From assembly GCA_973895155.1 (NCBI GenBank), contig OZ316892.1, forward strand, positions 10,768,283 to 10,832,282: a stretch of 64,000 bases of DNA. The letters run 5' to 3'. Made by a program: the position numbers and the translations under genes. Within the stretch, counting starts at the first letter, position 1; each line of letters begins with the position of its first letter. Shown in pieces: positions 1 through 13,124 of the stretch. A model generated the notes under the pieces. It saw only the letters and a program-made list of their open reading frames with translations. It did no database searches and had not been told where the DNA came from. The DNA comes from Marsupella aquatica (lineage: Eukaryota > Plantae > Marchantiophyta).

Positions 1-339
1 AGTGTAACCCCCAATCAAGTGCATGTTGGGTGCTTCTTCCTGAAACTGTGCACTTAGAGAGAGGCAGCCATACTTTTGGAAAATCCTTTTGTTACAAGTT
101 TTGTCACAAACAGGGAGTCTCAAAGCTTCATAGTTGCAGATGATGGCTTCTGGCCATAAACAAATGGCCACAGATGTTTCAGAGGGTTATTTAAAAGTTT
201 GTTTTTTTCTCTAGCCTCTACAATGCCTTATAGTCATGGCAATGACCAACCTTTACGGCAAAAAGAAACGGATTATGAATTCGACAGTTTATAATGTTTT
301 CTATCTGTAACCTTGATTACTAAGTTAAGGTCCAGAAAA

Positions 340-1655
340 AGATTGATGGGGCCCCTTCAGGGAAAGCAAACCCCAATGAGGCCCCAACTTTGAAAAAAGA
401 CTACCTGGGGCCCCCTTTCCGGGTTACCCCTGCTCATCAAGGGTGATCATCCAACAGAGGACACCCTACTATCAGGTATTCTCCAATCAACCTCTTGATA
501 TCATATTACTGAGGGATGCTTCTACCTGCATTGCAAATTGGAGCAAACAATAGTGCGATGTAATGTAAATCAATTTCATACTAAGATTGGACAACAAGTC
601 AACTATAATTTTGGTCATTACCTTCATATCAGAATTTCCCACGGTCTGAGGTTTGGAATGTCCTTTGGAATATCTTTCCAGGACCGGAGTGATGTCGCCC
701 TTCTGCATTTCAGGTATTGGAAAAAAGCTTCAATCCCCATTCGGCAATGCAAAATCCACATCAAATTCTCCTGTTGTCCATGCCCAGTCAGGCCAAGTGT
801 CCATACCATTGTCCATTGCCTAAAGAAAATGCTCAATATAGTAAAACAACATTGCAACAATTTGTCCCAGCAGGTCACCCTTGTGTATTGCAAATAAACC
901 CAACCTTACGCGAAAATGTCACGTTCCACGTTAGCATAAAGAAAACCAATGCATCACACAAAGCAGTCAGAGTTTGTAATCCTCATACAAAAACAATAAT
1001 GGAACTTTGCAAAGTAGATTGCATCTTGTGAACTTTAGTCAATCAAAACGACAGGAAGGTGGGCAATGGCAGCCTACATTACAATGGACGGGGCAGTAGA
1101 GCTCAATGTACCTTGTAGTCTTCAGTGACAACAATAGTGGAATTGCAGCGTTTGTATTCCACTCTCATGAGGGCAATTGTTTGCACACTTGAGCCTGTGC
1201 TCTCAAATTGTCAGGTTGTACTTTGGGGCTCCCCACCACTATGCATTGGTCAGATATATTGCACTTTGGGGCAACAAAGCACAAACAAACCCTTTGTTGT
1301 GCTTGCTTGATTAGGAGAAAGGTGGGAAATTGCATTAACAATGTTGTTGGAGTGCTTGCACACTTGAGTTTATAGTGTCAGGTTGACTGGGCATCTGGCA
1401 CAGTTTACCATGTTGGATGGAGTTGGGAGTGTGGGCATTTGGCACGGTTTACCATGTTGGATGGAGTTGGGAGTGTCAGGTTGACTGGGCATCTGGCATG
1501 GTTTACCATGTTGGATGGAGTTGGGAATAATAGTGACCACCAGTGATGAGTAGGGGTGAAGGGGGGGGGGGGGTGGCGGGAAGGGGGGCCAAGAAGTCCA
1601 TTTCCTAAGTTGGGGCCTCATGAGGGGTTTATTTCCCAGGAGGGGCCCCATCAAG
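340..1655. mobile_element. Non-autonomous long-TIR DNA element (~1.3 kb) with degenerate interior
   Basis: 340-430 (GATGGGGCCCCTTCAGGGAAAGCAAACCCCAATGAGGCCCCAACTT) is the reverse complement of ~1570-1655 (AAGTTGGGGCCTCATGAGGGGTTTATTTCCCAGGAGGGGCCCCATC). Exact ends and TSD not resolved. Confidence 0.5.
1375..1526. repeat. Tandem repeat, 3 units of ~42-54 bp
   Basis: Core TGGGCATYTGGCAYRGTTTACCATGTTGGATGGAGTTGGGA occurs three times. Confidence 0.9.
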
Positions 1656-1706
1656 TAGTTTTCTCAGTTAAGGTTTGTCAAATTTTGAGTTTGAGACCTC
1701 TTTTGT

Positions 1707-1823
1707 TGATCTTCATGGAGGTTACTAAGTCACTGGAAGACTCTTCATGATGAGTGTTAGTGATCTATCTTCATTGAGGTTACAAAGTCATTGGAAGACT
1801 GTTCAAGATGAATGTTGTTGATC
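1707..1823. repeat. Diverged tandem duplication (~59 bp x2)
   Basis: ATCTTCATKGAGGTTACWAAGTCAYTGGAAGACTSTTCAWGATGARTGTT repeated. Confidence 0.8.
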
Positions 1824-2998
1824 AGATCAAAGCGCTCTTGGAACTTCTAACCTTTGGTTATCTATATGCCTGGGAGACTTCATTGTAACAGTGTTGATTA
1901 TACTGTTTTTGGTAAGAATTTGATCCACACTTAAATTACTGTTACTCTAGCTAACAGCTACTTTATGCCCTCTGGATTTTTAGGGCCTTATTATCGAAGC
2001 ATCATTCATTCAAATTTTGCTAACTTGAGCCCTCAACATTCTGTGTAGGACATTCTGCTATCAAACCCACTAAGTTTAGCGGGACACATAAGATTCAAAG
2101 CATATAAAACAAAATATCCAGAGGGCTCAAGTTAGGGAATGGTTTCACACAGCACAAGCTTAACCCTGGCCCGCTGGTGCTCCTGAGGGAGCTATGCAAT
2201 GTCACTTGGAAAGAGAGGAATGCTCAGGTGTACTCCAATTCCTTGGTCACCTTGGCCCAAGTTGGGTCCTTCTAAACTTCATGAAAGATCACCTCAAGAC
2301 TGTCAGGAAAACTAGAAACTCCAGCAAAGCATTGATGAACTGGAACTTATTTTGAGACGGTGGGCCAACAATGAGGTTCCAACTGCTATGACCTAAAACT
2401 ATGGTAATGCATGAAAAAAAGAGGCCAATGGCTCTGATTACCCTAGATATGAACTGAAGGATAAAACCTATGAGCATCACTTTGACAAGAACTGGATGAT
2501 GTCTCCCGTTGATAACACCCTGACTTGCGAAGCTCCTTGATCTAGTATTAGTAGATTTGTTTTCAAGAAGCTCAGCACTATTAACGTTAGACAACTGGGT
2601 TGCAGCTATCTCTACAGTCGGACAGTGTGGGGGATGAGCACTCCCCCGCTCCCCCACTGTTGTCCCAGACTGGATTTTTGAGGACTATCTGTTCTGGTGG
2701 CTGACGAGGGCTTTCTTCCTGGATTAGGGCATTCTGGCTTTGGGGCTGTGGCCTCCTGGGCTGCCTTATGCGGCCCGGTTTGTTCTTGCTTTGCTCGGGT
2801 AGTTCTGCCCCCGTGTGCTATAAAGCTTCATTTGGGACAGTGCCCTTGTGGGAAGGCATTACCCTCCACATAACACTCTTTAGCACTCAATGGGTGAATC
2901 TAAGCATTGTCATAGCAAGGATTTGTGGTTGTGATTGTTGGATGTATGATCTATATGGGGCACATATATAGATAGCCTGTAAGGTTTTTCTCCCAGTC

Positions 2999-3093
2999 AC
3001 AAATTCATTTTATGTCTTGGCGGATACTTCACTTATGGCCCTGTTTTGACACAAATGCATTTTATGTCTTGGCTGGTACTTCACTTATGGCCC
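2999..3093. repeat. Direct repeat (~44 bp x2)
   Basis: ACAAATKCATTTTATGTCTTGGC..ACTTCACTTATGGCCCT twice. Confidence 0.85.
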
Positions 3094-5099
3094 TAATGAC
3101 TTTGGCGTAACACCTTTTGCCATCCCAAGGCTTTTCGCCAGAATGTAAGTAATGGGTTGGAGCAACTGCATGGGGCAGGACAACTTGAATGCCACGAGGA
3201 AAGCACACCGCAGCACAGCATTGTGAGCATTGTTATTTGCAAGTTGCTCTAGCTGTGGTTAACTTGCTTTGCTTTATTCCCATGTCTTTTCCCCTTGATC
3301 GGGTCTCTGGCCTTTTGGAGCTTTTTGTAGGTTGGCAGCGTTATATATACTTCATCAATCAAGCACTAAAATATTGGATTCCCCCCATTCTGGCCGATCG
3401 TTGTTTTACAAAATGTCAAGCTCGGCGGGAAGAAATTGAACATCGGAGTGATTTTGGCGGTGGGAGAGTTTTTCTAGGTTAGCGTCTTCTTTGGCTCAGG
3501 TGGGAGATCTGTTTGCATTGAAAAACGTTAAGTGGATTGCAAGGTAGCTGTTTAATCTGTTTTAATTAATTTTTGTAACTTCTGCGTCAGCCAGTCGCAT
3601 GAGCAATTTTCTCATCTCTGCCATTTCCGAACGCCTATTTGGGGCAGGTTAACACTTAAATTGCAAGAAGTAGTGATGACAGGATTTGGCAATTTCTAAG
3701 GTGATGGAGGAATTCTTTAGTGTTCGTTGAACAGTCCAGTTAGGCCTGCGATCAAAATTTGTTCACGACATCGCTGTTTCTGATTGCCCAATAGTTTCTG
3801 TTTGCTCTTGTCTCCTGAACTTTTGTTTGAGCTAAAATATGAAGACAGGGAATCTGAGTGTCCTCAAGCAGCTGCTCGTCCTCTTCCAGGTCTTGTTTAG
3901 AACGTGAAGTGAGTTTGTGTGTGTTATCATCATCTTTCTGCGTGAAGTGTACATAATGTAGGTCTTTTACTGGAAGTAGAGATCGAAGATGACCAAGCCT
4001 TTGTTGAAGTGGTATACATTGCCGATACCCAAGGAGTGCTGGGCAAGACTCATGTGCATTCTCTCACTGATGTTGCTGCGGATCAATTCGAGAAGGTTAT
4101 TATTCCAGGCTGGTAACTGATTTTTTTAGCAGGGGAATCATGACTTCGTGTGACACCAGATGTTTTCTTCAGGTGGTAGACCCTGTACTCAATCCTTTCG
4201 TTCCTTGCATTATTATGACAGGTGATGCGACACAATATCCACCCGTCAATATTTGCAGAAGAATTTCTCCGGACCCGATGAATCCCAGCTCTGTATTGGG
4301 TCATTTAGTTTACCGTATCCCTGGTTTGCATTTTGCCATTCAGGTTAATTATCTTTTCAGTAATTCGTTATAAGTACCACCACTTCATTCAGTGCCTATC
4401 TCGTTCAGTTTCCTTTATCTTGAGTACCGCAACCGCATATTATTTGTTCCTGACTGACTCAAGCCGTAGTTTCAATATTTTTTGCTTCCATGCATGTATA
4501 CCTCGCACAATTGCATATGGTTCTCTATATATCAGATTTTGGAACGTTGGTTCATCAATAAGACAGCATGCCATGCATCAGTCCTCAATAACAGAAGGGC
4601 AATATGATGTTCTTGTGATGGGGTGGCTTCATCCTCAAGGGAGGGACCTCTGCGATTCAGAGCTGCATAGATTTGTGTGAACATATTATTTTCTGTCGAT
4701 TTCCTAACGAGGCTGGGAGATTCAGGATGTAAGTTTCACTCTGCCTTAAATCGAATACCCCTTGTGGAGCAGGAGGATCAAATATGGATACAGGTGGTTC
4801 CAGAAGCCCCAGATGGAACGTAGCTGGCGCTTTGCATATTGATGTCTTCAAATATCGTGACAGAGACAAGATACAGATTCTGATTTTGACGTCATTGTTC
4901 TGTCCGTTGCTTCCCTATTTTGAGAAAAAAATTTACACTCTCGGGCTGACGCTTTGAAGGGGTCTTCTCTAGTCACAGTGAGGATAACGGTTCACTGTTC
5001 CATGGTCAAAATACCTGTCCGAAAAGTTTTGTGTGTGCAAGTAGCACTCCTAGAAGTTCACCGCATGAAGAAGTTGCACCAGTGAAAATGACGAAGGAC

Positions 5100-6230
5100 A
5101 AGGATTCCCGATACTGTGGACACAGCTCCTGTTGATTGAAAATATTCTTGTGGCTTATTTTGGAGGGCATGTAAAGAAAGATTTGCTCGATTGCTGGATT
5201 CTGCTAAGTACAATAATCATAATAAAATATTGTGCCGCCAGCAGAATTGTTCATGTCGCTGCCTTTTACTCATATAAAGTATCAAAATGGACATCTCTAC
5301 CACTCTGGTTTTTCTCGTCCTCCACAGACTTTGCAGCTCTCGGCAGGGTAGAAAATACCTTTTGGAAATTCCACTTTACATTACCGATCATCTCCATGGT
5401 TGAGGAGGCGTAAAGACAAAGACATGCCACACAACTAGTCTCTTGTCTCTCGACATACTATTGTTGTTTGGGAGGCAGAATGGTAGCCTACAGGATAACC
5501 GGTTTCTTTCCTGTGTTAGTTTAGTAGGATCTCCCTCCTGAAGCTTAAACATTTTGTGGGCTTGGTTTTGCCTGGTTCCGAACCCACGATACAAGATACT
5601 GATTCTGGCTAACTGCAGTATTTTTACACGAGAAATTCATCATGGAAGCCTTTCAGTCTCGTTTTGTAGAGTCATGATACTTACTCTAGACGAAGTGCAG
5701 TGATTTCACAAATTCTTTAATGTTGGTTGCCGGAGTTGCTTGGCTAGTGGTACTCCACCGATAGTGAAACTAGACGCAGTACTGGAATTTAGAATTACTC
5801 TAGCAATACAATTTTATCGACTTGCAAATTGGCAAGCAAGTCCGGTTCCCAAGAACTAGTGATTAAACGGAGCGTGGGAGGAGAAATATCTTAAACTTGT
5901 TATGCTCCAGTGGGAATCATTAGTTTGTGGGAGAGGTACTGCAACAGAGCGAAGCTTCTGTGCATCTCCTTTCGTCGGAAAAAGCTCGGCTCCCCTACGA
6001 AGCAGTCGATGTAAGAGTACTAAGATGACATGTGTCTGCTGCCGTTGTAATAAAAGTTGTAGGGTCTACAGAGCAACAAATGATAATGATAGCTCCAGAG
6101 AACTGCGTTACAGTCACTTCTTCCAAGCAGTTGCATGCAAGCTCGGGCTACCCATGTATCCTGCTATTAACTGGTCTGAGCCCTGACACCATTGTAGAAC
6201 TTCTCAGATGGGCTGAGTTTTACTCATAAT
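5100..6230 (+). pseudogene. Probable highly degenerate F-box (kelch-like beta-propeller type) pseudogene
   Basis: Frame-hopping fragments in the expected order: ILWTQLLLIENILVAY (F-box-like W..LP..L..IL), AAFYSYKVSKWTSLPLWF (AY.P...W..LPL-like), CLVPNPRYK (CNP.T-like), VVIKVVGS. Many stops and frameshifts; recognised by motif memory only. Confidence 0.35.
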
Positions 6231-6329
6231 CAACGGTTGTTGGGTGATAGATTTTTGCAACCAGGTGATGAATAATGTGGAACCAGATGGTATGTGAGTC
6301 CACTGGTGGCCAGATTCTGGAATATTTGA

Positions 6330-6772
6330 AGACGGAATGCCGACTCCCTCTCTCTACATAAACTGAAATCAACATGGAAAGCTCCCATTAACAATGACCA
6401 ATGCCAAACCATGGACATTCTGTTGGACATGGCATGGGTCGTTTAGCTTTGATGATTTGGTTCCCCATACTGGCCTCTATTGCTGATTGCATGCAAAATG
6501 TCTGCGGATGTACACTAAAACTGCTGTAGGAGGTACAGATTCTTGCAGACATAGGAATGCAGACTCCCTCTTTCTAAATAAACTGAAAGCAACATGCAAA
6601 GCTCCAATTGACAACTCCACCAAAGCCAAATACTTTAAAAATTTGTTGGATCTGAATTGTCGCATAGCGTTTTTAGCACTGGTCAATTGGTTCGCAGTGG
6701 CGTTGAGTGCTGATTGCATGCAAAGAATGCCAGTGGATGTACAAGTATACCTGCTCTACTAAGGAGGTACAT
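6330..6772. repeat. Diverged tandem duplication (~220-230 bp x2)
   Basis: GGAATGCMGACTCCCTCT..AAACTGAAAKCAACATG.AAAGCTCC at ~6334 and ~6554; TGCTGATTGCATGCAAA...GGATGTACA...AGGAGGTACA at ~6481 and ~6708. Confidence 0.75.
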
Positions 6773-7071
6773 AACTTGTTTTTACTTTGAACAACAGTAA
6801 GGAAAGTGACAATCTGGGAGTAGACAGTACTGATCTTTCAAATCAATAGAATTTAAAAGCTATAAGCAAACCCGACTATATTCTATCATCAGCTCGCGAT
6901 TGTAAATTGAAGTTTCTGAATAAAAAAAATTTCATTGTAAAATCCTGACTGAAACTACCCAAGGAAGCGGGTGTGCCGGAGAAGCTAGAGGAAATGACTA
7001 TAAATTATTTGGGCTCTGCTCGCACAGGTTCAAATTTTGCCGTCCGCGATAAATCGTTCTTGATACGACTC

Positions 7072-7425
7072 TTTGCAGAGGTGATTTTCTATGCACTGTC
7101 TCGTCAGTCCTATACATTCAATTCATGTATTGGTATTAGTTCAACTCCAGATGCTACATATGGAAACGAGACTCTGCAGAGGTTTTCGTCAATTCACTAT
7201 TTCGTCAGTTCTGTATATGTACAGTATTCAACTTTCAAGCATTGGTATTCCATACTAGTCTTCGTTCTAGATGCTAAGTATTGAAAAGACATCCTGCAGA
7301 GGAGTTTACCCGACGTAATTTTTTGTCAGTCCTGTATACAGATAGTATTCAATGTATACAGATAGTATTCAACTTTCAAGTATTTGTATTCTATACAAGC
7401 CTCCGTTCACCTCTAGATGCTAAGG
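7072..7425. repeat. Three diverged ~100-130 bp tandem units
   Basis: Each unit runs TGCAGAGG...GTCAGTYCTRTA...AGATGCTA. The third unit contains an internal TGTATACAGATAGTATTCAA duplication. Confidence 0.7.
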
Positions 7426-7429
7426 AGAG

Positions 7430-8590
7430 ATTTTCTTGATGTGATCTTAGCACGAAAAGTGTTACTTGAAGAGACCGTGAGTGATCCAGACCCTTGATTG
7501 ACCTTGAATCTATGTACCCAAAACTTCAGATCCTTTCAAGTCACGTCATTTTGGGGTCCCATCAAGTAAATGCCATTTGGGGTCTCATCAAGTAAATAGT
7601 TCAACTCTAGATGCTGTTCCTAGGCTCAAATTATGCCCGTTTCACATAATTATAATATGTCAATCAAGTCTTTGTTAAACCTACTTCCTCTAGATCATGT
7701 ACTTATTACAATGCCAAGTGCGTGTTTCTTGAGCACCTCCACGCATGCAGAATTTGAAAACGGTGGTCAATCATAATTGTTCATCAAACCACGGGATTTC
7801 ATTAGTTTGGTCGGTACACAATGGAGTATTACTTTAGTTCCTCTCACCCTCCTCTCAATATTGTTGAAGAAGAGCTGCCAATATTGGCATATTGCTCTAA
7901 AAGCAGCAACCAGTCATCCATCATAACGTCAGTAAGCCTGTGAACCTTCATCAGGTCCAAGACCTTGCATCAGTTTCGAAACAGTGTCCATTACTCAGAA
8001 GCTACTCAACCTACTTGCATACGGCAGTTATGTAAACTAAACAGTATAATAAGCATTCACCATTTTTCTTTCTCATGGTCTATTTAAAAAATGTCATGAT
8101 TCTGATGGGAAGTTCCGTAGCTGTTGGATTATGATGACATGTTTTCCTAACATGTCATGGATCTGAAGGACCACTGTGTACCTTTTCCACTGCCAACCCA
8201 TCATTTCCCTGGGCAGGGAAAGATGGACTTTGTTTACCCCTGCACACTACAAAGTCCAGTTTTCAGGCTGACCTGTCAACTCCCCATAGCATCTTGATCA
8301 TCTTGTTTAGACATTATTTCCACTCAATATCACATATTATTGACAAGAATCTGCAAAGCACAGGCATTGAGCTAGTCCCCACTATAACAGTAAGAACTTT
8401 CCCTATACCTACCCCCAAAATACGGAAATAGATAGGTATTATGCTTGATGGACCCCAGAAAAGTAATATTGGATGGACACTTAGTGATCCGAGTTGATAA
8501 GCCTCAAAAAACGATGGACTCAAAATTTCATGAGGTCCATCAAGTAACACACGCTTTTCATTTTTGAGGTTTCATCATGTGTATCTCTGG
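7430..8590. mobile_element. Degenerate non-autonomous TIR element of the GGTCCATCAAG-motif family
   Basis: GGGGTCCCATCAAG (~7552) mirrors CTTGATGGACCCC (~8444). The left end (GAGTGATCCAGACCCTTGA) and the reverse complement of the right end (GATGGACCTCATGA) both resemble 14420-14510. Confidence 0.4.
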
Positions 8591-10639
8591 GTAAGTGGAA
8601 GAAGGACTCTACTGATAACTCTACTCAAAAGAAGAAAAAGAAACATGACGAAAGACAGAACATGGGTGAGAGCCTTATTTTTTATTCAGTGTGGAGGGGG
8701 AGTCAATGTGTCTACTGCCTTCCTTGCAACAGGGCCTTTTTGTCACTTGTCTATCTGAGTTCGACCTTTTTAGTTTAGGTGAACGAATCTCAGCCACGTG
8801 TCTGCAGTGGCAAATGGCCTTTGAGTTATCACTGAGGTTTTCCTTTCTATCAATCGCCAGAGCAATTTAAAGTTAAGATATTGGCAATTTTTCACTTGCA
8901 AAGATGAATTTAGGTGGACAGCCTTCAATTGCATTTTGGTTTATTGAAACACATTTTGAATATCTTTCTATCTCTAATTAAGGAGCACCCATTAATATGA
9001 GGAAGACCAACGGTTCCGACAGTAATGGGCAGGAGCCAAAAAGTTAAATATGTCCCCCCAAAATGAACTCTTGACGCTAAACTACTATAGTAATAATACC
9101 CTCAACTGCACTGATGCATGCATCATCATAACAGCTAAATTAGTCGTTGAAAGGATAAATTATGATCTTTGAGTTTGAGCCTAGATTTTGCACTTAATAC
9201 GGCATCCCTTCGCCGGTTCTAAGGTCTGGGGGCGTTGGCATCGTAGCTACTCGAGTAGGGCTGGAGGTACGAGAAAGATTCACAAGACCTGACATGATTG
9301 TTTTTCATTCTCCAAGAAATGAACACTTCAAAAAAAAAATTTAAGTATGGCTCTGGCTCGTTCATCCGGGACTCTAGCAAAGTAAAAGAACATCTATTCT
9401 ATCTTCAGTTGAACTAGAAAGAGTTTTTTTTCAAGGTGATAACAAACCTCTTAAATATGCTCATTAGTGCCGGGGGAGTGGCTAGAGGGGGGTTTGGTAG
9501 ATCAAATCGCTAGTGAACAGTCAGGATTCGATCTCGTTTACTCCACTTTCAGGGAATGTAAGAATTATCGTGGGATTGAAATATGATAGTAATCGATTGA
9601 CAACTAACATCCCACATTCCCATCTTAAACTTGTCTCAAGCCCAGTAACTTAATGATTGGGGCAGTTCTGAACAAGCTGAGTCGAGCGTGTCGTCAGTCT
9701 ACAGAATTTCAGCGTGATTAGCGTGTTGATAAGTCGCTCTGCTGCATGGGTAGAAGGATTAGCGTATTATGAGTGCCTCTGCTCATCTGCTGCATGGGTA
9801 GGAAGGACTCCAGGATTGAGTGCATGAGCATCACAGTCATCTCGAAGTTCCAAGTGGCTGAGTGTGCCAATGTACACAGGGCATGACTGTGAGGATTACA
9901 ATCATGCGAGATGTGCAAACTGGCAAATACAGTTTGCTGCAAATTACTGTACAATCCCGGAGCAGACTAGGGGCGACACGGCAGATCTGGCAAGCTAAGG
10001 TCTTACCGGATGATGTTCTTGTGACAACGAATCATAATTAATGATGCAGTGAGTGATCATTGGGGATGATACATTTGTTAATAACCTTCATATTTTGTGC
10101 ATGAAAAACGGATCGCCCCTCTTGGCTTGGTCAAATTCCGGGAATTTAGAGGGTTGATCTAGAAACGAAAATCACGCTTCCCCTCATCAAACGTTGGAGT
10201 CGCGTGCGGAGATAATAACCAGTATGTATTTCGTTCAGGATGTATTTCGTAAGAAATTACGAACTGAGGTAATTGTCTGGATTTCAGTTAAACATTGGTG
10301 ACACCACAAGTGTAAACGTCCATCGTGGATATAAATGAAAGTTGACGATAGAAACGAATCCCGTCAAACGTAGCTAGGGCAGACTAGAACAAAAGAGTCA
10401 TCCCACGATGAATTTGAATCGAAGTTGGTCCCACGATTCCAGCGTTATTTTGCCAGCTACAGGAGTATGTCGGCTGCTTCCAGATTGAGGTTACAATTGC
10501 ACAATGTATGGCAGATCAGGGAGCTTTGATTTGAAGTATATGCCACCACACGATACTTCTTCTGGATTGGAATTCCTAAATCTTCTTGTGGTTATAGATA
10601 ACAGATTCTTTGCTTGGGAATCGACCCGCCCACATCTCT

Positions 10640-11100
10640 TTCTTACAGGAATCTTTGTCGAGCAGCCTCAGAATGTTGTCTTTTCAAGGCCACTCAACGC
10701 AACTTCACCGTCTCGAAGACATGAAAGGCAGGGCCTTGTAGGTAAGGTATTTTAGCGTGTACTGTTTAACAGTTAGCTTACGTCGTGGACTCAGTGAGTC
10801 AGGGCACGGAATGTGCAGCGGTCCAAAATAAATCGATCTCGTTCTTTCAGGAATCTTCGTCTCGAGCAGCCTCAGAATGTTGTCTTTTCAAGGCCAACTC
10901 AACGCAACTTTATCGCCTTCAAGGCATGAAAAGGAGGGGTCCGTAGCTCCTTGGAGTTTTCCTCATTGCCTCCCCTTTATTGGGTCTCTTGCCTCGATCG
11001 TGTCTCTTGGTTATAGGCCTTTTGTTTTTTGGCAATGCGATATTTAATTTTAGCATGTACTGTTTAACATTTACTCACGTCAGGGACTCAGGGAATGATA
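10640..11100 (+). repeat. Duplicated exon-like unit in a decayed spliced gene
   Basis: Polypyrimidine-CAG|GAATCTT..TCGAGCAGCCTCAGAATGTTGTCTTTTCAAGGCCA..CTCAACGCAACTT at ~10646 and ~10848. The downstream TTTTAGCRTGTACTGTTTAACA is also duplicated (~10751, ~11048). Confidence 0.7.
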
Positions 11101-11945
11101 TGTACAGTCATACAAAACCCAAGACTACAGACCGTAAGTACGTATCGTTTCAAATGGTAGCAGTGTAGCACTCACCTGAGCTGCACTGCAGACTTACCTT
11201 CTTCCTCTGGAGTCAGGACGTCACCAGTGAGTTGTGATAGGTTCATCATAATTATCAGCACGCACCGAACAGTAATCAAGTAATCAATCAATCAACAATG
11301 CAAATCAATCATGCGAATCATCAGAACCCGTCCTTTCTGTCTGAGCGTCTCTGTTTGGTACAGCCTCCCGTGTTTTCCTTGGTCTTTCTTTGTGGAGACT
11401 GTCTCGTTGCTATTGGTCCTATCCATGTACTCTACAGCTCTCCGTCCTTGTTCATTTGGTCATCTATTCATCTTCGTGTGTCTACCTCTTAGCTTGTGGG
11501 GTATAATTTGCTTGCTAGCACTCAATTTTTTCCACCAGAACCACTCTTTCAGAAAAAAATTGTTCACAAGTTTCTATCTAAGTATGTGTCATTAAACCAT
11601 AGCAAAATGTTAAGAGAAAGGTCCCATGCAGTACTGGCAGGGAGTGCCCACCAGTGCGGACCCCAAGCTGCCCCCCATTTCCCCCAAATTTGGAGGTAGG
11701 TGCACTACTCAGGCCACAGTCACATGGGGCGATTGTGGCCACTCCCTGCCTCCACCCTTGCACCCAGTCTCTGATACCCGGCCCAGGCCCGACTCCACCC
11801 AGGCTCCAACCGGCCGAGCCCAACGTTCGAGCGAGCATCCACAAGCCCAGCAGGAGGCCATGGCGACACCATTGCTCCAAACTCTCATGAAGCTCAAACT
11901 TCTTTCCCATCTGATGTGTAGCATGTGCTGAAATGGGGTTGATAA

Positions 11946-13114
11946 TCATAGCTTGTTGGCATATATCCACGTAACTGATATTTCACAGCTGCAGAACTCC
12001 ATTGCAAAAACCTCTCGATCAAGCACTAAACTGATTTGCTTCTCAGTCAATGTGGATTTCTCCTGGCGCCAGACCTTATAAATCCGTCCACCTGTGTGGT
12101 AGCTTGAGAAACTCAATACACACAAGTTGTGGCTTGCTGCACCAGAGACAACTCCCGAGCTTCCACATGAGCTGCCTAAAATTTGGTTAGCATCTTCACA
12201 GGAAATTTTGAATACCATATATTCCTGCAATTTAAATTTTGAGCACCATGTAATGCTGGCTGATCGCTCCTGCAATTCGCGAAATCTGTTAAGAAAGCAT
12301 TGTGACAATAATCTGAAATTTAAGGAATTGCTTGCAATTGATATTTCTTAGCAATTTCTCATGTTGTTAATGGGAATGATGTTTCATTAAGATTCCATGT
12401 TTATTCATTGTAGGTAGAAGCTCTTCTATGTGAATTCCCATGGCAGGGTTGAATCCTGGTGGGGATGTGATGTCCATTGACCTTCTTGATCTCAATATCT
12501 TTTTGCAAGCTACTGTGGGGCAGAGCAGACCTCCCCCTTGTTGAGCATAGACGACACTCGTAACGGTAAGCACATGACACATCCAATGCACAAGTAGTTG
12601 ACACAAGAGATACGTGGTTCACCTCCTCGAGGCTACGTCCACGGGAACACACAAGAGAGCTTTACTGAACTCTAAGCCCGTCAGCCATACCAAGTCTTCA
12701 CAGTGTAAGCTCTCATCATCTCTCAAGTGGCTCCATAACAATGAGCCTAAGTTCCACTTATCCAAGCAAACACTGCTTGGCATATAGTGTGCATCCTAGT
12801 TAACCTAACCACGTCTCCGACTATGGTTAGCCTAACTACGGTTACATGTCGTAACCCTAGACCTTGAGTAAATACCTAACACCCCTTGCAGGTTTCAACC
12901 CTGCATCAGGACCAGATTCAACTCATTCCATACTGCAAACAATTGCTTCTTTGATTACCTCAATTGTCACTGTTGTCCAGTTGATGGTGCCTTTGTTTGA
13001 GAATTCAAACTTTCTTCTACTTGACTCCATGAACAATACTGAACCTACCCAATCACCTTTGTGCAAAGCACGTACTATTGTTTTCTCACATAGTCCCCTG
13101 GCTCCTTTCTGCAA
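11946..13114 (-). pseudogene. Possible Myb/SANT-like (trihelix) ORF remnant, candidate Harbinger partner ORF, interrupted by a solo LTR
   Basis: Fragments KGTINWTTVTIEV...CPTVACKK and LTEKQI resemble MADF/trihelix motifs and sit next to the Harbinger transposase remnant. Weak. Confidence 0.25.
12539..12881 (-). mobile_element. Solo LTR (343 bp) of copia family A with perfect 5-bp TSD CCCCT
   Basis: TG...CA termini, CCCCT at 12534-12538 and 12882-12886. Reverse complement aligns to the 5' LTR at 60128-60471 and the solo LTR at 59619-59950. Confidence 0.93.
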
Positions 13115-13124
13115 GCACTTGGGT

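Noticed and set aside
1375-1526. CRISPR-like array
   Set aside because: Units are contiguous with no unique spacers, there are no cas genes, and the context is eukaryotic.
2160-2800. Coiled-coil-like fragment KLQQSIDELELILRRWANNEV
   Set aside because: Short, bounded by stops and not assignable to a family.
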